Below are positions 49,697-58,685 of a DNA stretch of 64,000 nucleotides, in pieces (position 1 is the first letter of the stretch; each line of letters opens with the position of its first letter). The notes beneath the pieces were generated by a model. That model was given only the letters and a program-made list of their open reading frames with translations. It made no database searches and had not been told where the DNA came from. This DNA comes from Myxococcales bacterium. Lineage in GTDB: Bacteria > Desulfobacterota > Binatia > HRBIN30. The stretch is from positions 32,001 through 96,000 of the forward strand of contig JBBILD010000008.1 of the NCBI GenBank assembly GCA_037445065.1, in the 5' to 3' direction. The translations under genes were made by a program, and so were the position numbers.

Positions 49697-51292
49697 TCAG
49701 GCAAAAGCTAGCCGCGTTCCGTGCTCATGGATCACTTGCAGAAACTCTAGCAGCAACTCCTCACGGATCGCGTTGAATTCCCCAAGGCTCGTCGTGCGCA
49801 CGTACGCCGAGATTTCGATATCGAAAGAGCGGGTGCCAAATCCGACGAGCGACACGCGCCCGGAGTCGGGAAAGACCTTTGGGTGGCTCGTTAGGGTCTT
49901 GCGCAAGTGATTGAGGACCTGGTGCAGCTGCTCGATGGTTGCATCGTGGTGCAGGTTCAAAGTAGTGGAGAAGCGCATTCGGTCCCGACGGCTGAAGTTC
50001 TCGATCTGCATCGAGGCAAACTGGCCGTTCGGAATCGATAGTAGGGTTCGGTCTGGGGTGCGCAGCCAAGTGGAACGTAAGCCGATGTCGATCACAGTTC
50101 CGACCTTGTCCCCGAAGCGGCAAAATTCGCCCACTCGCACCGGTTGATCCGCCACCAAGGTGATTCCGCCGAATAAGTGCTCCAAGGTCCGCTGGCCGGC
50201 CAAAGCCACGGCGAGGCCACCGATACCGAGCCCGGCCACAAGGCTCGTCACGTGGAAGCCGAGGTTCTGTAAGGCGGCCAGGCTGGTGAGAATGACTGCA
50301 AGGCTTTTTGCTGCTCGGCGGCCGAGTGGCAGGAGAGCAGCAACCACCTGACGGTTTGTGGCGCGCTCTTGAAGCATAAGGGCCATCCCGTCGATGGCAC
50401 GGAGGAAACACCAGGCCACGAGAATCCAGCTTCCGGCGCGGATCAAGGATTCCGCGATTTGCGTGGTGCGCACAGACAGGCTGAGCCACTCGATTCCCTC
50501 GCCGAAAAGCTGCGCCGCGATTAGCCAGTGGAGAGGCCGGCGTAAGCCCGCGACGGACTCTTCGCTGAGCGGCACCCACGACCGGGTGATGAGCAGGCGG
50601 CCGAAACGCACCAGAACGTTCGTGACGCCGATGGAGAGCGTCCACGCAATGACAGAGAGCGCAACCAAACTGATCCACTGCCAGGCTGGGACGCCGGCAA
50701 CCCGAGTCTCCAAGAACGACTCGGGCAAGTAATGCTCGAGGGGGCCGTAACCGAACTCCTGGTAAAGTTCTGGCACGCGCGCCACCGTGTCGGCCGCAAT
50801 CTTCCAGATCAACGCGCCATCTTCGCGGTGGATGCGTTCGAGCAACAAGCGCACGGGTTTTTCGCCAGGCTTGAGAAGCGCCACGTTTTCGCGACGCGGG
50901 GGCAGTCCGTCTTCCCGATCTCCTTCAGGGGAGTCACTGAGTAGCTCAGGGTCGATCCAAACCGTCCGCTCAATGATGATGCACAGTTGGCGAGCGAATT
51001 CGGGGCCGCGCACCGAGCGAGCCGCAGGCGGGATGCGGCGTAGGTCGAGGTAGTGTTGGCCTCGCTCATACTCGCTCCCGCTGCAAGTAGCGAGAAACGC
51101 GCGCATCGTGGAACGAGGAGTGCCGCGTTCGAAATCGTCGACCGGTCCTGGAGGCGAGGTCGCAACGGCGACCGGACTCGGCGCAGAACCCGGTGTCTCT
51201 TGGGCTGGCGCGATCGCTGCGCAGAAGCCAAACAGGCACGCGCACGCAGCGAGCAGACCATTGGTGGACCACCGGACCATACCCTTGCTCAT
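49697..51292 (-). CDS. Small-conductance mechanosensitive channel with periplasmic N-terminal domain
   Basis: GLGIGGLAVALAGQ, DQPVRVGEFC, GTV.DIGLRST, IPNG, IENFSRRD. Confidence 0.9.
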   Translation of the reverse strand: MSKGMVRWSTNGLLAACACLFGFCAAIAPAQETPGSAPSPVAVATSPPGPVDDFERGTPRSTMRAFLATCSGSEYERGQHYLDLRRIPPAARSVRGPEFARQLCIIIERTVWIDPELLSDSPEGDREDGLPPRRENVALLKPGEKPVRLLLERIHREDGALIWKIAADTVARVPELYQEFGYGPLEHYLPESFLETRVAGVPAWQWISLVALSVIAWTLSIGVTNVLVRFGRLLITRSWVPLSEESVAGLRRPLHWLIAAQLFGEGIEWLSLSVRTTQIAESLIRAGSWILVAWCFLRAIDGMALMLQERATNRQVVAALLPLGRRAAKSLAVILTSLAALQNLGFHVTSLVAGLGIGGLAVALAGQRTLEHLFGGITLVADQPVRVGEFCRFGDKVGTVIDIGLRSTWLRTPDRTLLSIPNGQFASMQIENFSRRDRMRFSTTLNLHHDATIEQLHQVLNHLRKTLTSHPKVFPDSGRVSLVGFGTRSFDIEISAYVRTTSLGEFNAIREELLLEFLQVIHEHGTRLAFA

Positions 51293-51518
51293 TCCAAACC
51301 TCCTCGCGGAGACCGGACCTAGGGGTGAGGCTGTCGTTGATGCAAGCGGATAGCGCTGCCGAGCATTAGGCTACTCGCAGGCTTCGTTCCCGTAAGATGT
51401 CGTTGGCCTTTTATGGTTCCAGGGCTGTGCTGTTATGTGCCAGTGTTTCGGAGACCACCTAGCAGGCTGCATGCAGTCCGCTGCTTGCCCGGTCGAACGT
51501 GCCCGCTAGAAGCGAGGC

Positions 51519-51842
51519 ATGCTGTCCATTGATGAATTTGGGAAGGTCGAATTGCGCGTCGGTACAGTTGTGACAGCCGAGGTACATCCAAACGCTGACC
51601 GGCTGCTGGTGTTGCAGGTGGATCTGGGAAGCGAGAAGCGGCAGATCGTGGCCGGGATCCGCAAGCATTACGCTCCCGAGTCCCTCTTGGGTAAGCAAAT
51701 CGTCGTGGTGGCGAACCTCGAACCCGCAACGCTGAGGGGAGTCGAAAGCCAAGGCATGCTGTTAGCGGCGAGCGACGAGGAAGGCCGTTTGGCAGTCATT
51801 TGTCCTGAGCGGGAGGTCGCGGCAGGCGCTCGTGTGAAATAG
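51519..51842 (+). CDS. Stand-alone tRNA-binding OB-fold protein (Trbp111/CsaA/MetRS C-terminal-like)
   Basis: ELRVG.V..AE.HPNADRL, RQIVAGI, NLEPATLRGVESQGMLLAA. Confidence 0.9.
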   Translation: MLSIDEFGKVELRVGTVVTAEVHPNADRLLVLQVDLGSEKRQIVAGIRKHYAPESLLGKQIVVVANLEPATLRGVESQGMLLAASDEEGRLAVICPEREVAAGARVK

Positions 51843-51951
51843 CTGCCGGCTCCACGCGCGGTGGCGGTTGCCCGAGCCGGTAGCCACGTTCGAGCGCTTG
51901 ACGTAGGGAACAGGAGCAGACAGCTCAGCCCAGTTCGGAGGAGGTGAAGCC

Positions 51952-53178
51952 ATGGCGATTGATTTCTCGTTCCCACCAGAGATCGAAGAGGTCCGGCTGC
52001 GGGTGCGGAGATTCGTAGAGGAAGTGGTACGCCCTGCCGAGAAGGAGATCGAGGCGCGGTCCGGAGATCGCAGCTTTCTGATCCGCAAGATCGTCGAGAT
52101 GCGGCAAGCGGCGCGGGCATGGGGCGTGTGGCTGCCACACATGCCAAAGGAGTATGGCGGCATGGGCTTGGGGCACGTCGCGATGGCAGCAGTGTCCGCG
52201 GAGGCGGCCAAGTCGCCCTATGGTCCGTTCGCCCTCAATGCACAGGCTCCGGATGAGGGCAACATGCACACCTTGTTGCATTGGGGAACCCAGGAACAGA
52301 AGGAGAAATATCTTCGCCCGTTGTGCGAGGGCGTGATTCGGTCTTGCTTTGCCATGACCGAGCCGGAAGTGGCTGGCTCCGATCCGACTTTGATCCAAAC
52401 TCGCGCGGTCCTCGAAGGAGATGAGTGGGTAGTCAACGGTCATAAGTGGTTTATCTCAGGAGCGCGCGGTGCAAAATTTGCGATCCTTATTGCACGCACG
52501 GAAGACAATCCCCCCATCCCGCAGGCGGCCAATTCTGCATTCATCGTGGATCTACCCGCCGAGGGCTGGACGGTTGTGCGCGATATCGAGACCATGGCTG
52601 GGTCGCACAATCACTGCGAGATCCGAATCGAGAACCTGCGCTTGCCACGGAACAGCTTGCTGGGGGAACGAGGTCAGGGGCACTTACTCGGCCAGTACCG
52701 GCTCGGGCCGGCTCGGTTGGCTCATTGTATGCGCTGGATCGGGCAAGCGGAAATGGCGTTGGACATGATGGTGGACCGAGCGCTGAAGCGGTATGCGCAT
52801 GGGTCGTACTTGGCGGAGAAGCAGGGGATTCAGTGGATGATCGCCGATTCAGCAATGGAGTTGTACCAGTGCAAGCTCATGGTTCTGCACGCTGCGTACA
52901 AGATCGACCGTCGCGAGGACTTCCGCAGCGAAGTTTCCATGGCCAAACACTTCGTTGCGAACGCACTGAACAGGATCATTGACCGTGCCATCCAAGTGCA
53001 TGGTGCCTTGGGGTATTCAATGGACACGCCGCTGGCGCGAATGGCGCAGCAGGCTCGGTGGGCGAGATTTGCTGATGGCGCCGATGAAGTGCATCAGTGG
53101 CGAATTGCTCTTCGCACCATCGAGGCGTACAAACGGGATGGCACGACCAAAGCTGCGACCGGCGGGCTACCACTTTGA
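51952..53178 (+). CDS. Acyl-CoA dehydrogenase (ACAD10/11-like subfamily)
   Basis: APDEGNMHTL, CFAMTEPEVAGSD, NGHKWFISGA, RLGPARLAHCMR, RFADGADEVH. Confidence 0.95.
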   Translation: MAIDFSFPPEIEEVRLRVRRFVEEVVRPAEKEIEARSGDRSFLIRKIVEMRQAARAWGVWLPHMPKEYGGMGLGHVAMAAVSAEAAKSPYGPFALNAQAPDEGNMHTLLHWGTQEQKEKYLRPLCEGVIRSCFAMTEPEVAGSDPTLIQTRAVLEGDEWVVNGHKWFISGARGAKFAILIARTEDNPPIPQAANSAFIVDLPAEGWTVVRDIETMAGSHNHCEIRIENLRLPRNSLLGERGQGHLLGQYRLGPARLAHCMRWIGQAEMALDMMVDRALKRYAHGSYLAEKQGIQWMIADSAMELYQCKLMVLHAAYKIDRREDFRSEVSMAKHFVANALNRIIDRAIQVHGALGYSMDTPLARMAQQARWARFADGADEVHQWRIALRTIEAYKRDGTTKAATGGLPL

Positions 53179-53199
53179 CTGAGCGACCACAACGGCTGC

Positions 53200-54285
53200 T
53201 TAGCGCGCCCGTAAAGCGTGCCGTGCCGGTGTGAGGGGCAGATCTAGCCAAGTTTTTACGCCCGGGCTGGCTTGGCAAAGTTGAGGAATCGCGTTGACGA
53301 GTCGCATGGCTGTGGCCACGCAGCCATCAATATTATGATCCGTGCTGTGAAAGCCCACCTGCAGGTCACATCGTAACGAGGGCATTCCTTCGATAGTGAC
53401 CCGGTACGTTCCGGGGCCAACGCCCTGCGGCCAGTATGGCGCTAGGTCGTCGCGAAGCCGCGTCACGTGTTCCACCACGATTCGTGGCTCGCCATTCACC
53501 ATACCCATGACTTCGAAGCGCAGAGCCGCCACGGTCCCTTTGCGGATTTCGCCGCACGAGATGCGGAAGTCTTCGGGCGCCAGTTCCACTTCGTGTTTCT
53601 GCTCGATGCCATCGAGTTGCACGCCAAGTGCGTCGGCCACCATCCGTACCGACGCGCCCCAAGCCATGCTGAGGGCTCCCGGCATCAGGAGAGGGACCGG
53701 TGTGCCAGGCGGTTTGCCGAAGCCCATAACTTCGAACAGTGTCTCGGGTTGATCGTAGGTCGCGTAATTGAAAATTTCCTGGGCACGTATGCTCTCGATC
53801 CGTTCGCACAGGCTCGAGAGAGTGATGGGCAGCGCGTCTGGGGAAAAACCTGGATCGATCCCGGAGCAGTAAAAGCTGGTCCCCCCTTGCTCGCATGCGC
53901 GTTGCAACTGCTCGGCAAAAGCTGGCACAACCGTCCATGGATAAATGAGGGGAACGAAGGAGCTGGTCACCACGTTTTTGCCCGTTGCGAGCATGCGGCA
54001 CATGTCCTCGATGGCTTCGGTCGGACGGTAGTCGGTAGCCCCCGTGTAACACACGCAATCGGCGTCGAGACGCAAGAGCTTTTCGGCGTCGCGGGTCGCC
54101 GTGATTCCAACGGGGCCGAGACCGCATAGCTCGCCCACATCCTTGCCTTCCTTCGCAGGGCTACTGACCCAAACCCCAGCCAACTCGAGTTCGGGGTGTT
54201 GTATGATGCCGCGCAACGCATGTTTACCCACGTGCCCAGTAGCCCATTGGATCACTCGCCACTTCTTCACCGTTCCTCCCTCCAC
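53200..54285 (-). CDS. DapB-N / 2,4-diaminopentanoate dehydrogenase-like NAD(P)-dependent oxidoreductase
   Basis: VIQWATGHVG, KEGKDVGELCG, GKNVV, SGIDPGF, TAMRLVNAIP. Confidence 0.8.
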   Translation of the reverse strand: MEGGTVKKWRVIQWATGHVGKHALRGIIQHPELELAGVWVSSPAKEGKDVGELCGLGPVGITATRDAEKLLRLDADCVCYTGATDYRPTEAIEDMCRMLATGKNVVTSSFVPLIYPWTVVPAFAEQLQRACEQGGTSFYCSGIDPGFSPDALPITLSSLCERIESIRAQEIFNYATYDQPETLFEVMGFGKPPGTPVPLLMPGALSMAWGASVRMVADALGVQLDGIEQKHEVELAPEDFRISCGEIRKGTVAALRFEVMGMVNGEPRIVVEHVTRLRDDLAPYWPQGVGPGTYRVTIEGMPSLRCDLQVGFHSTDHNIDGCVATAMRLVNAIPQLCQASPGVKTWLDLPLTPARHALRAR

Positions 54286-54375
54286 AAATCAGCGCTAACG
54301 AGAGTCGAGTTGCTTCCCTGCTCCGCTTGCGGGCATTTTGCAAGCCGCAGGTGCTTATTGGTCTAAGGCACAACC

Positions 54376-55461
54376 TCAAGGGGTCGGATCTACTCTGGCT
54401 TGTATCCCGGCCGTGGCCAAGGCTTTCATCAGTAACGAAGAACGCCCGATTTTCCCGAGTTCTTCAGGGCTGAACACCCTTCGCATACTGCCCGCAGGTG
54501 CGTCCTGAACGAGTTTCCGCAGCAACTTCGGAGGGAGTTCTAGGCGGAACACTTCGATTGCAAACACGCGATGCACAATGGCATGGCGGATCCGCCCGCA
54601 GAGAACTAGCTTGAGGTCGAATCCGAGTTTGAACGAGGAGTCGAGCGGCTCGCTGAGTGGGAGCCAAAGTGTCCGCAGGTAAGGGAATCGCCCGCGTTCT
54701 AGCACGATCCGTCGGCCCCCGTTCGTGACAACAAAGAGGGGAAGCTCGATGCGCGCTCGCTTTTTGAAGGGCGCTGCCTTTGGAATGGCTCTCGAGGTAG
54801 GGCGCCGATGCCATGCACAAAGGCGCCGTACAGGGCAGCAGCCGCAGCGCGGGCGCGAAGCGGTGCAGATCGTTTGGCCGAGTTCCATGAGCGCCTGGTT
54901 CCAGTCCCCCGGTCGGCGCCGATCGAGAAGCAGAGCCGCTAGCTCATCGAAGGTTTGTCTGCTCTCCCCTGGGAGTAATGCGAAAAAGCGGCGGAGAACC
55001 CGCCGTACATTGCCGTCAACAGCTGCGTAAGGCTTGTCGAAGGCAATCGACAGCACCGCCGCTGCTGTGTAGGGGCCCACCCCGGGCAAAGACCTGGCTT
55101 CGGAGTATTTGGTGGGAAAGCAACCGCCGTGGGTGCTGACTAGTAGTTGTGCAGCCCGGTGCAGGTTACGGGCACGATTATAATACCCGAGTCCTGACCA
55201 CGCTGCCAGCACTTGCTCCGGTTCAGCGTCCGCGAGATCCGCGATGGTGGGGAAGAGGCGCAGAAAGTCACCGTAGGCACGCGCGGCCACTGCCAGCCTC
55301 GTTTGCTGGAGCATGGTTTCGGCCACCCAGATCAAGTAAGGATCGCGGTGACCCCGCCACGGCCAGTCGGCGCGATGTTGATCGTACCAACCCAGAATCC
55401 GCTGGCGAGCGAGACGCGCCCGTCGCCGCAAGTTTGCGTTGAGGCTTCCCACCTTTTGCAC
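54376..55461 (-). CDS. mutY: A/G-specific adenine glycosylase
   Basis: WVAETMLQQT, WSGLGYYNRARNL, HhH LPGVGPYTA, VDGNV, CTASRPRCGCCPVRRLC Fe-S motif. Confidence 0.92.
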   Translation of the reverse strand: MQKVGSLNANLRRRARLARQRILGWYDQHRADWPWRGHRDPYLIWVAETMLQQTRLAVAARAYGDFLRLFPTIADLADAEPEQVLAAWSGLGYYNRARNLHRAAQLLVSTHGGCFPTKYSEARSLPGVGPYTAAAVLSIAFDKPYAAVDGNVRRVLRRFFALLPGESRQTFDELAALLLDRRRPGDWNQALMELGQTICTASRPRCGCCPVRRLCAWHRRPTSRAIPKAAPFKKRARIELPLFVVTNGGRRIVLERGRFPYLRTLWLPLSEPLDSSFKLGFDLKLVLCGRIRHAIVHRVFAIEVFRLELPPKLLRKLVQDAPAGSMRRVFSPEELGKIGRSSLLMKALATAGIQARVDPTP

Positions 55462-55707
55462 AGTTTCTGTGTGCTATCAAAGACACCGCCAAAGAGCACG
55501 GCGGACGCCGGAGTCGAGAAAGGGGCAACGTAAAATTCAAGTGCATCAGCGATTGACAGAACTGCCAGCATCTGTTTGGCTGCCGACGTCCGACAACAAG
55601 TGATTTTTGGTTCCTCAGGGGTGGCCGTCGCCCCTAAGGAAGAGACAGCGCAGCGGCCGTCCGCGCGACACGGAGTTCGCGAATAGACATCGAGTAAGGA
55701 GGAACCA

Positions 55708-56130
55708 ATGAGCATCCAAGAAGGCAGTCACGTTTCCATCGAGTACACGCTGCTGCTCGAAGATGGCAGCGTTGTGGAAAGCAACGTCGGAGAAGCGCCC
55801 TTTGAGTACACGCACGGAAACTCGGAAATTATCCCGGGGCTGGAGCAAGGTCTCGAGGGCATGGAGGTAGGGGAACGAAGATCAATTCGGGTTCCACCGG
55901 AGCTTGCGTATGGACCAGTGCATCCCGAGGCTTTTTACGAAGTAGACAAAGATTTGGTACCGCAGAGCGCTTGGGCAGTGGGCACAGAATTGGTAGCGCG
56001 TGACTCGAACGGCCGAGAGCGGCCAGTGCGCGTTCACGAGGTACGTGAAGATACGATCGTCATTGACGCGAACCACCCCTTGGCGGGCAAAACGCTGGTC
56101 TTCAACGTTCGTGTCCTTGCGATCGACTGA
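55708..56130 (+). CDS. FKBP-type peptidyl-prolyl isomerase (SlyD-like, no His-rich tail)
   Basis: IIPGLEQGLEG, PPELAYG, DANHPLAGKTL; AAGGAGG RBS. Confidence 0.92.
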   Translation: MSIQEGSHVSIEYTLLLEDGSVVESNVGEAPFEYTHGNSEIIPGLEQGLEGMEVGERRSIRVPPELAYGPVHPEAFYEVDKDLVPQSAWAVGTELVARDSNGRERPVRVHEVREDTIVIDANHPLAGKTLVFNVRVLAID

Positions 56131-56173
56131 CGGTGATCGATTAAGGCGCGAATCCTGACGCTTCCGCGCTGGG

Positions 56174-56659
56174 CTATCCGTCGCCAAGCGCGCGATCGAG
56201 GGGCATTTCGCGAATCGTGGTAAACGCGATTACCGCAAGAACCTCTTCCGGGTCAAAGAAGCGTGTTTCGACGACCCGGGTCCGACCGCGACTTTTGATG
56301 AGCTGGCTTTCGATCCAGAAATTTGGCCCGACGATCGGTTCAAAGTAATCGAGACGCATGCTTGTGGTGGCAAGCCAAGTGCGCCAGCCATCTCGCGGTT
56401 GACCGGCACGCACGGTCAGCAGTGCGACGAGGTCTACGTACGTCGGGGTGAAGCCTCCGAACAATTGGCCGCGGGGGTTTTTGACATGCTCGGGTAAGTG
56501 GGCTCGTAAGCGCAGCTTGCCAGGAGCCTCCTCAAGCACGGTCCAGAGGTACGCTTCGAGGAAATCTCCGGCCGGATGGCCCTTGCCAATGAGCTGCCCT
56601 GGCTCGCGCTTAAGCCAGGGGCGAGAGAAGAACCCGGGTTGCCGCGATTCGTCGGTCAT
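56174..56659 (-). CDS. PaaI-like hotdog-fold thioesterase
   Basis: NPRGQLFGG...YVD, TTSMRLDYFEP, SRGRT. Confidence 0.8.
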   Translation of the reverse strand: MTDESRQPGFFSRPWLKREPGQLIGKGHPAGDFLEAYLWTVLEEAPGKLRLRAHLPEHVKNPRGQLFGGFTPTYVDLVALLTVRAGQPRDGWRTWLATTSMRLDYFEPIVGPNFWIESQLIKSRGRTRVVETRFFDPEEVLAVIAFTTIREMPLDRALGDG

Positions 56660-56799
56660 GCCGCTTGTAATACGGCGCCGCCGCGCGCGCGGCAACGTAG
56701 GGGCTGAAAGGGCGAGAACTTCCTTCCGACCTTGACTGGCGGCGGATTGTTTCCGAAATGCACTTTATTTTTTGACGTTTTTCCGACGGGAGGTCAAAC

Positions 56800-57075
56800 A
56801 TGAGCGAGAACGAACTGCCGCGACCCGAGCCCAAACCGATCGACGAGAAGCTCGCAATGGAACTCAAGCATTTGGCCGAAGATGCAATTTTACGTGGCCG
56901 GCCAAATGGGGAGGAGCGATGCCGGAACTGCTTGTATTATCTGAATCCGGACGAAGACATCGCCTACTGTTGGCACCCAAAGATTCGCATCCTGGTAGGT
57001 GAAAACTGGTGGTGTCAGTGGTGGGAGCCAATGGAAGAACAAACACCAGCCGAAACGGCCTCCGGCCAAGGGTGA
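56800..57075 (+). CDS. HiPIP-like 4-Cys protein without signal peptide
   Basis: GGAGG RBS; ERCRNCLYY-x10-C-x12-WWCQWW matches the HiPIP cysteine and aromatic pattern. Confidence 0.65.
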   Translation: MSENELPRPEPKPIDEKLAMELKHLAEDAILRGRPNGEERCRNCLYYLNPDEDIAYCWHPKIRILVGENWWCQWWEPMEEQTPAETASGQG

Positions 57076-57250
57076 GCAGCGATTGCCTGCGCAGAGCGCG
57101 CGCGTTTCTGTGGACTGCACCGCCAAAGGGCTCGCCCATTTTGCCACAACGGCGCGCCCACATTGGTATTAGAAGATCGACGACAACGCCTTGGTGGACG
57201 GCACACGGACTATGGCCGCAGGGGGAGGGTTCGCGACGGGCGGTGGTCAG

Positions 57251-58573
57251 TCAGTGAGCCGACTGGATCAGATGCCCGATGGTGAAAAACTCTTCTGTGA
57301 GGCCTGTCTTCTCTCCTTGGTTAAAGTACCACCCCTGCTCGCCTGTGTAACGATTGCTCGGTAACGCAGCGCGGGTGGCGTGATTGAGCTGCACATCCAC
57401 CATGGTGATACTCGGGCCGAAAGGCATTTCGCTCCTGTACTCGATTCCTCCGGGTAAGATTTGGTTGCGAAACGCGTACTGATTGATCCAGACCTTCCAG
57501 AGTTGGCCGGCGCGGTCGAAAATATCGGAGAATACGATTAGGAACGTTTCTTTGTCGACAAAAAGCAAACGCTTCCCATACGCGTACTGGGGCTGTTTGG
57601 GCGTTCCCTCGATCACCCAGACTTCTCGCTTCTCCCAGTTGTCGCAGAAAACAAAATCACCCTCTCCTTCGCAGTACCGGACGGGAAAATGCTCCGAGTG
57701 GAACGAGCCCAGAACCGTCTTTTCGCCCAGGAACTTCCATTGGAACCAGGGGATCTGGCCGGCGTAGCCCCCGTAGCTGTCCACGTCCGTGTCTTGGCCA
57801 AACAGTGCGTCGGAGCGTTGGGCGCTCGACAGACGGCGCACTCGCCTCAGGGAGGGCAGGTAAAGCCAAGTGTCGTCCTGCCGGTCTGGATCGAGATAAC
57901 GGATACTGGTGAGCCCAACCCCTTTGAGGTCGAATGGCTCCAGGATGGGGTGCATCGAAGCCTTGTACCGTACCCGATCGGGGTTCGGCAGCGCTGGTTT
58001 CGGCTCGACGATCAAGCGCCCCGTGTAAAAGAGGGTTCGGAAGTGATCTAAGAGAAAGTGCCGTTCGACGGACAGCGGAGCTCCTCGGTTTAAAGGCCCT
58101 GTGTCCGCGTCGAAGTTACGCAAATCGCTGTCATCGGTTACGAAGGGCTTGTACTCGTAATTCCACATGATTTTGACCGCGATCTGGGGGTCGTTGGGGT
58201 CGAGTTCGGGAAAGGGCAGGCCGGCGACGTAGTTTTCCAGGCGCCGACCATCGGCGGAGAGGCGGACTTGGCCCGAGTATCTCTCGGTCGCTTCTTGGTA
58301 CTCGGGGTTCCACTCGATTTTGCGGTAGGGCGCAATGCGAAGCTGCAACCCTCGCTCGACGCACCAGCGGACGCCCGGCGAAACTAAATCGCCGAGCTTC
58401 TCGAGGTTGTGCTTGTTGATCACATCTCCGGGACTCACGTCGGCTCTGGTTGCACGGGGGAGAGTGGGCAGGAGGAGCTTCGCTGCCGACAACGAGAGCA
58501 GCAAAAAGACGTATGTGGCGGTGCGCATGTCTGGGAACGGTTGCAAGAACGAGCCCAGGACAGCGACTCTCAC
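57251..58573 (-). CDS. DUF1329 family exported protein (LolA-like C-terminus)
   Basis: YVAGLPFP, KIMWN, WLYLPSLRRVRR, YGKRLLFVDKE, DRAGQLWK. Confidence 0.85.
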   Translation of the reverse strand: MRVAVLGSFLQPFPDMRTATYVFLLLSLSAAKLLLPTLPRATRADVSPGDVINKHNLEKLGDLVSPGVRWCVERGLQLRIAPYRKIEWNPEYQEATERYSGQVRLSADGRRLENYVAGLPFPELDPNDPQIAVKIMWNYEYKPFVTDDSDLRNFDADTGPLNRGAPLSVERHFLLDHFRTLFYTGRLIVEPKPALPNPDRVRYKASMHPILEPFDLKGVGLTSIRYLDPDRQDDTWLYLPSLRRVRRLSSAQRSDALFGQDTDVDSYGGYAGQIPWFQWKFLGEKTVLGSFHSEHFPVRYCEGEGDFVFCDNWEKREVWVIEGTPKQPQYAYGKRLLFVDKETFLIVFSDIFDRAGQLWKVWINQYAFRNQILPGGIEYRSEMPFGPSITMVDVQLNHATRAALPSNRYTGEQGWYFNQGEKTGLTEEFFTIGHLIQSAH

Positions 58574-58685
58574 GCGGAGTGACCAATGGATCTGGGAACT
58601 CTCACCCTTGCGAAGCTCCCTCTGGTCCCGGGTGGCGACTACGGGACGGTGCTCGTCCGTGTCGAATGTGTGCTAGGGTTGTTTC

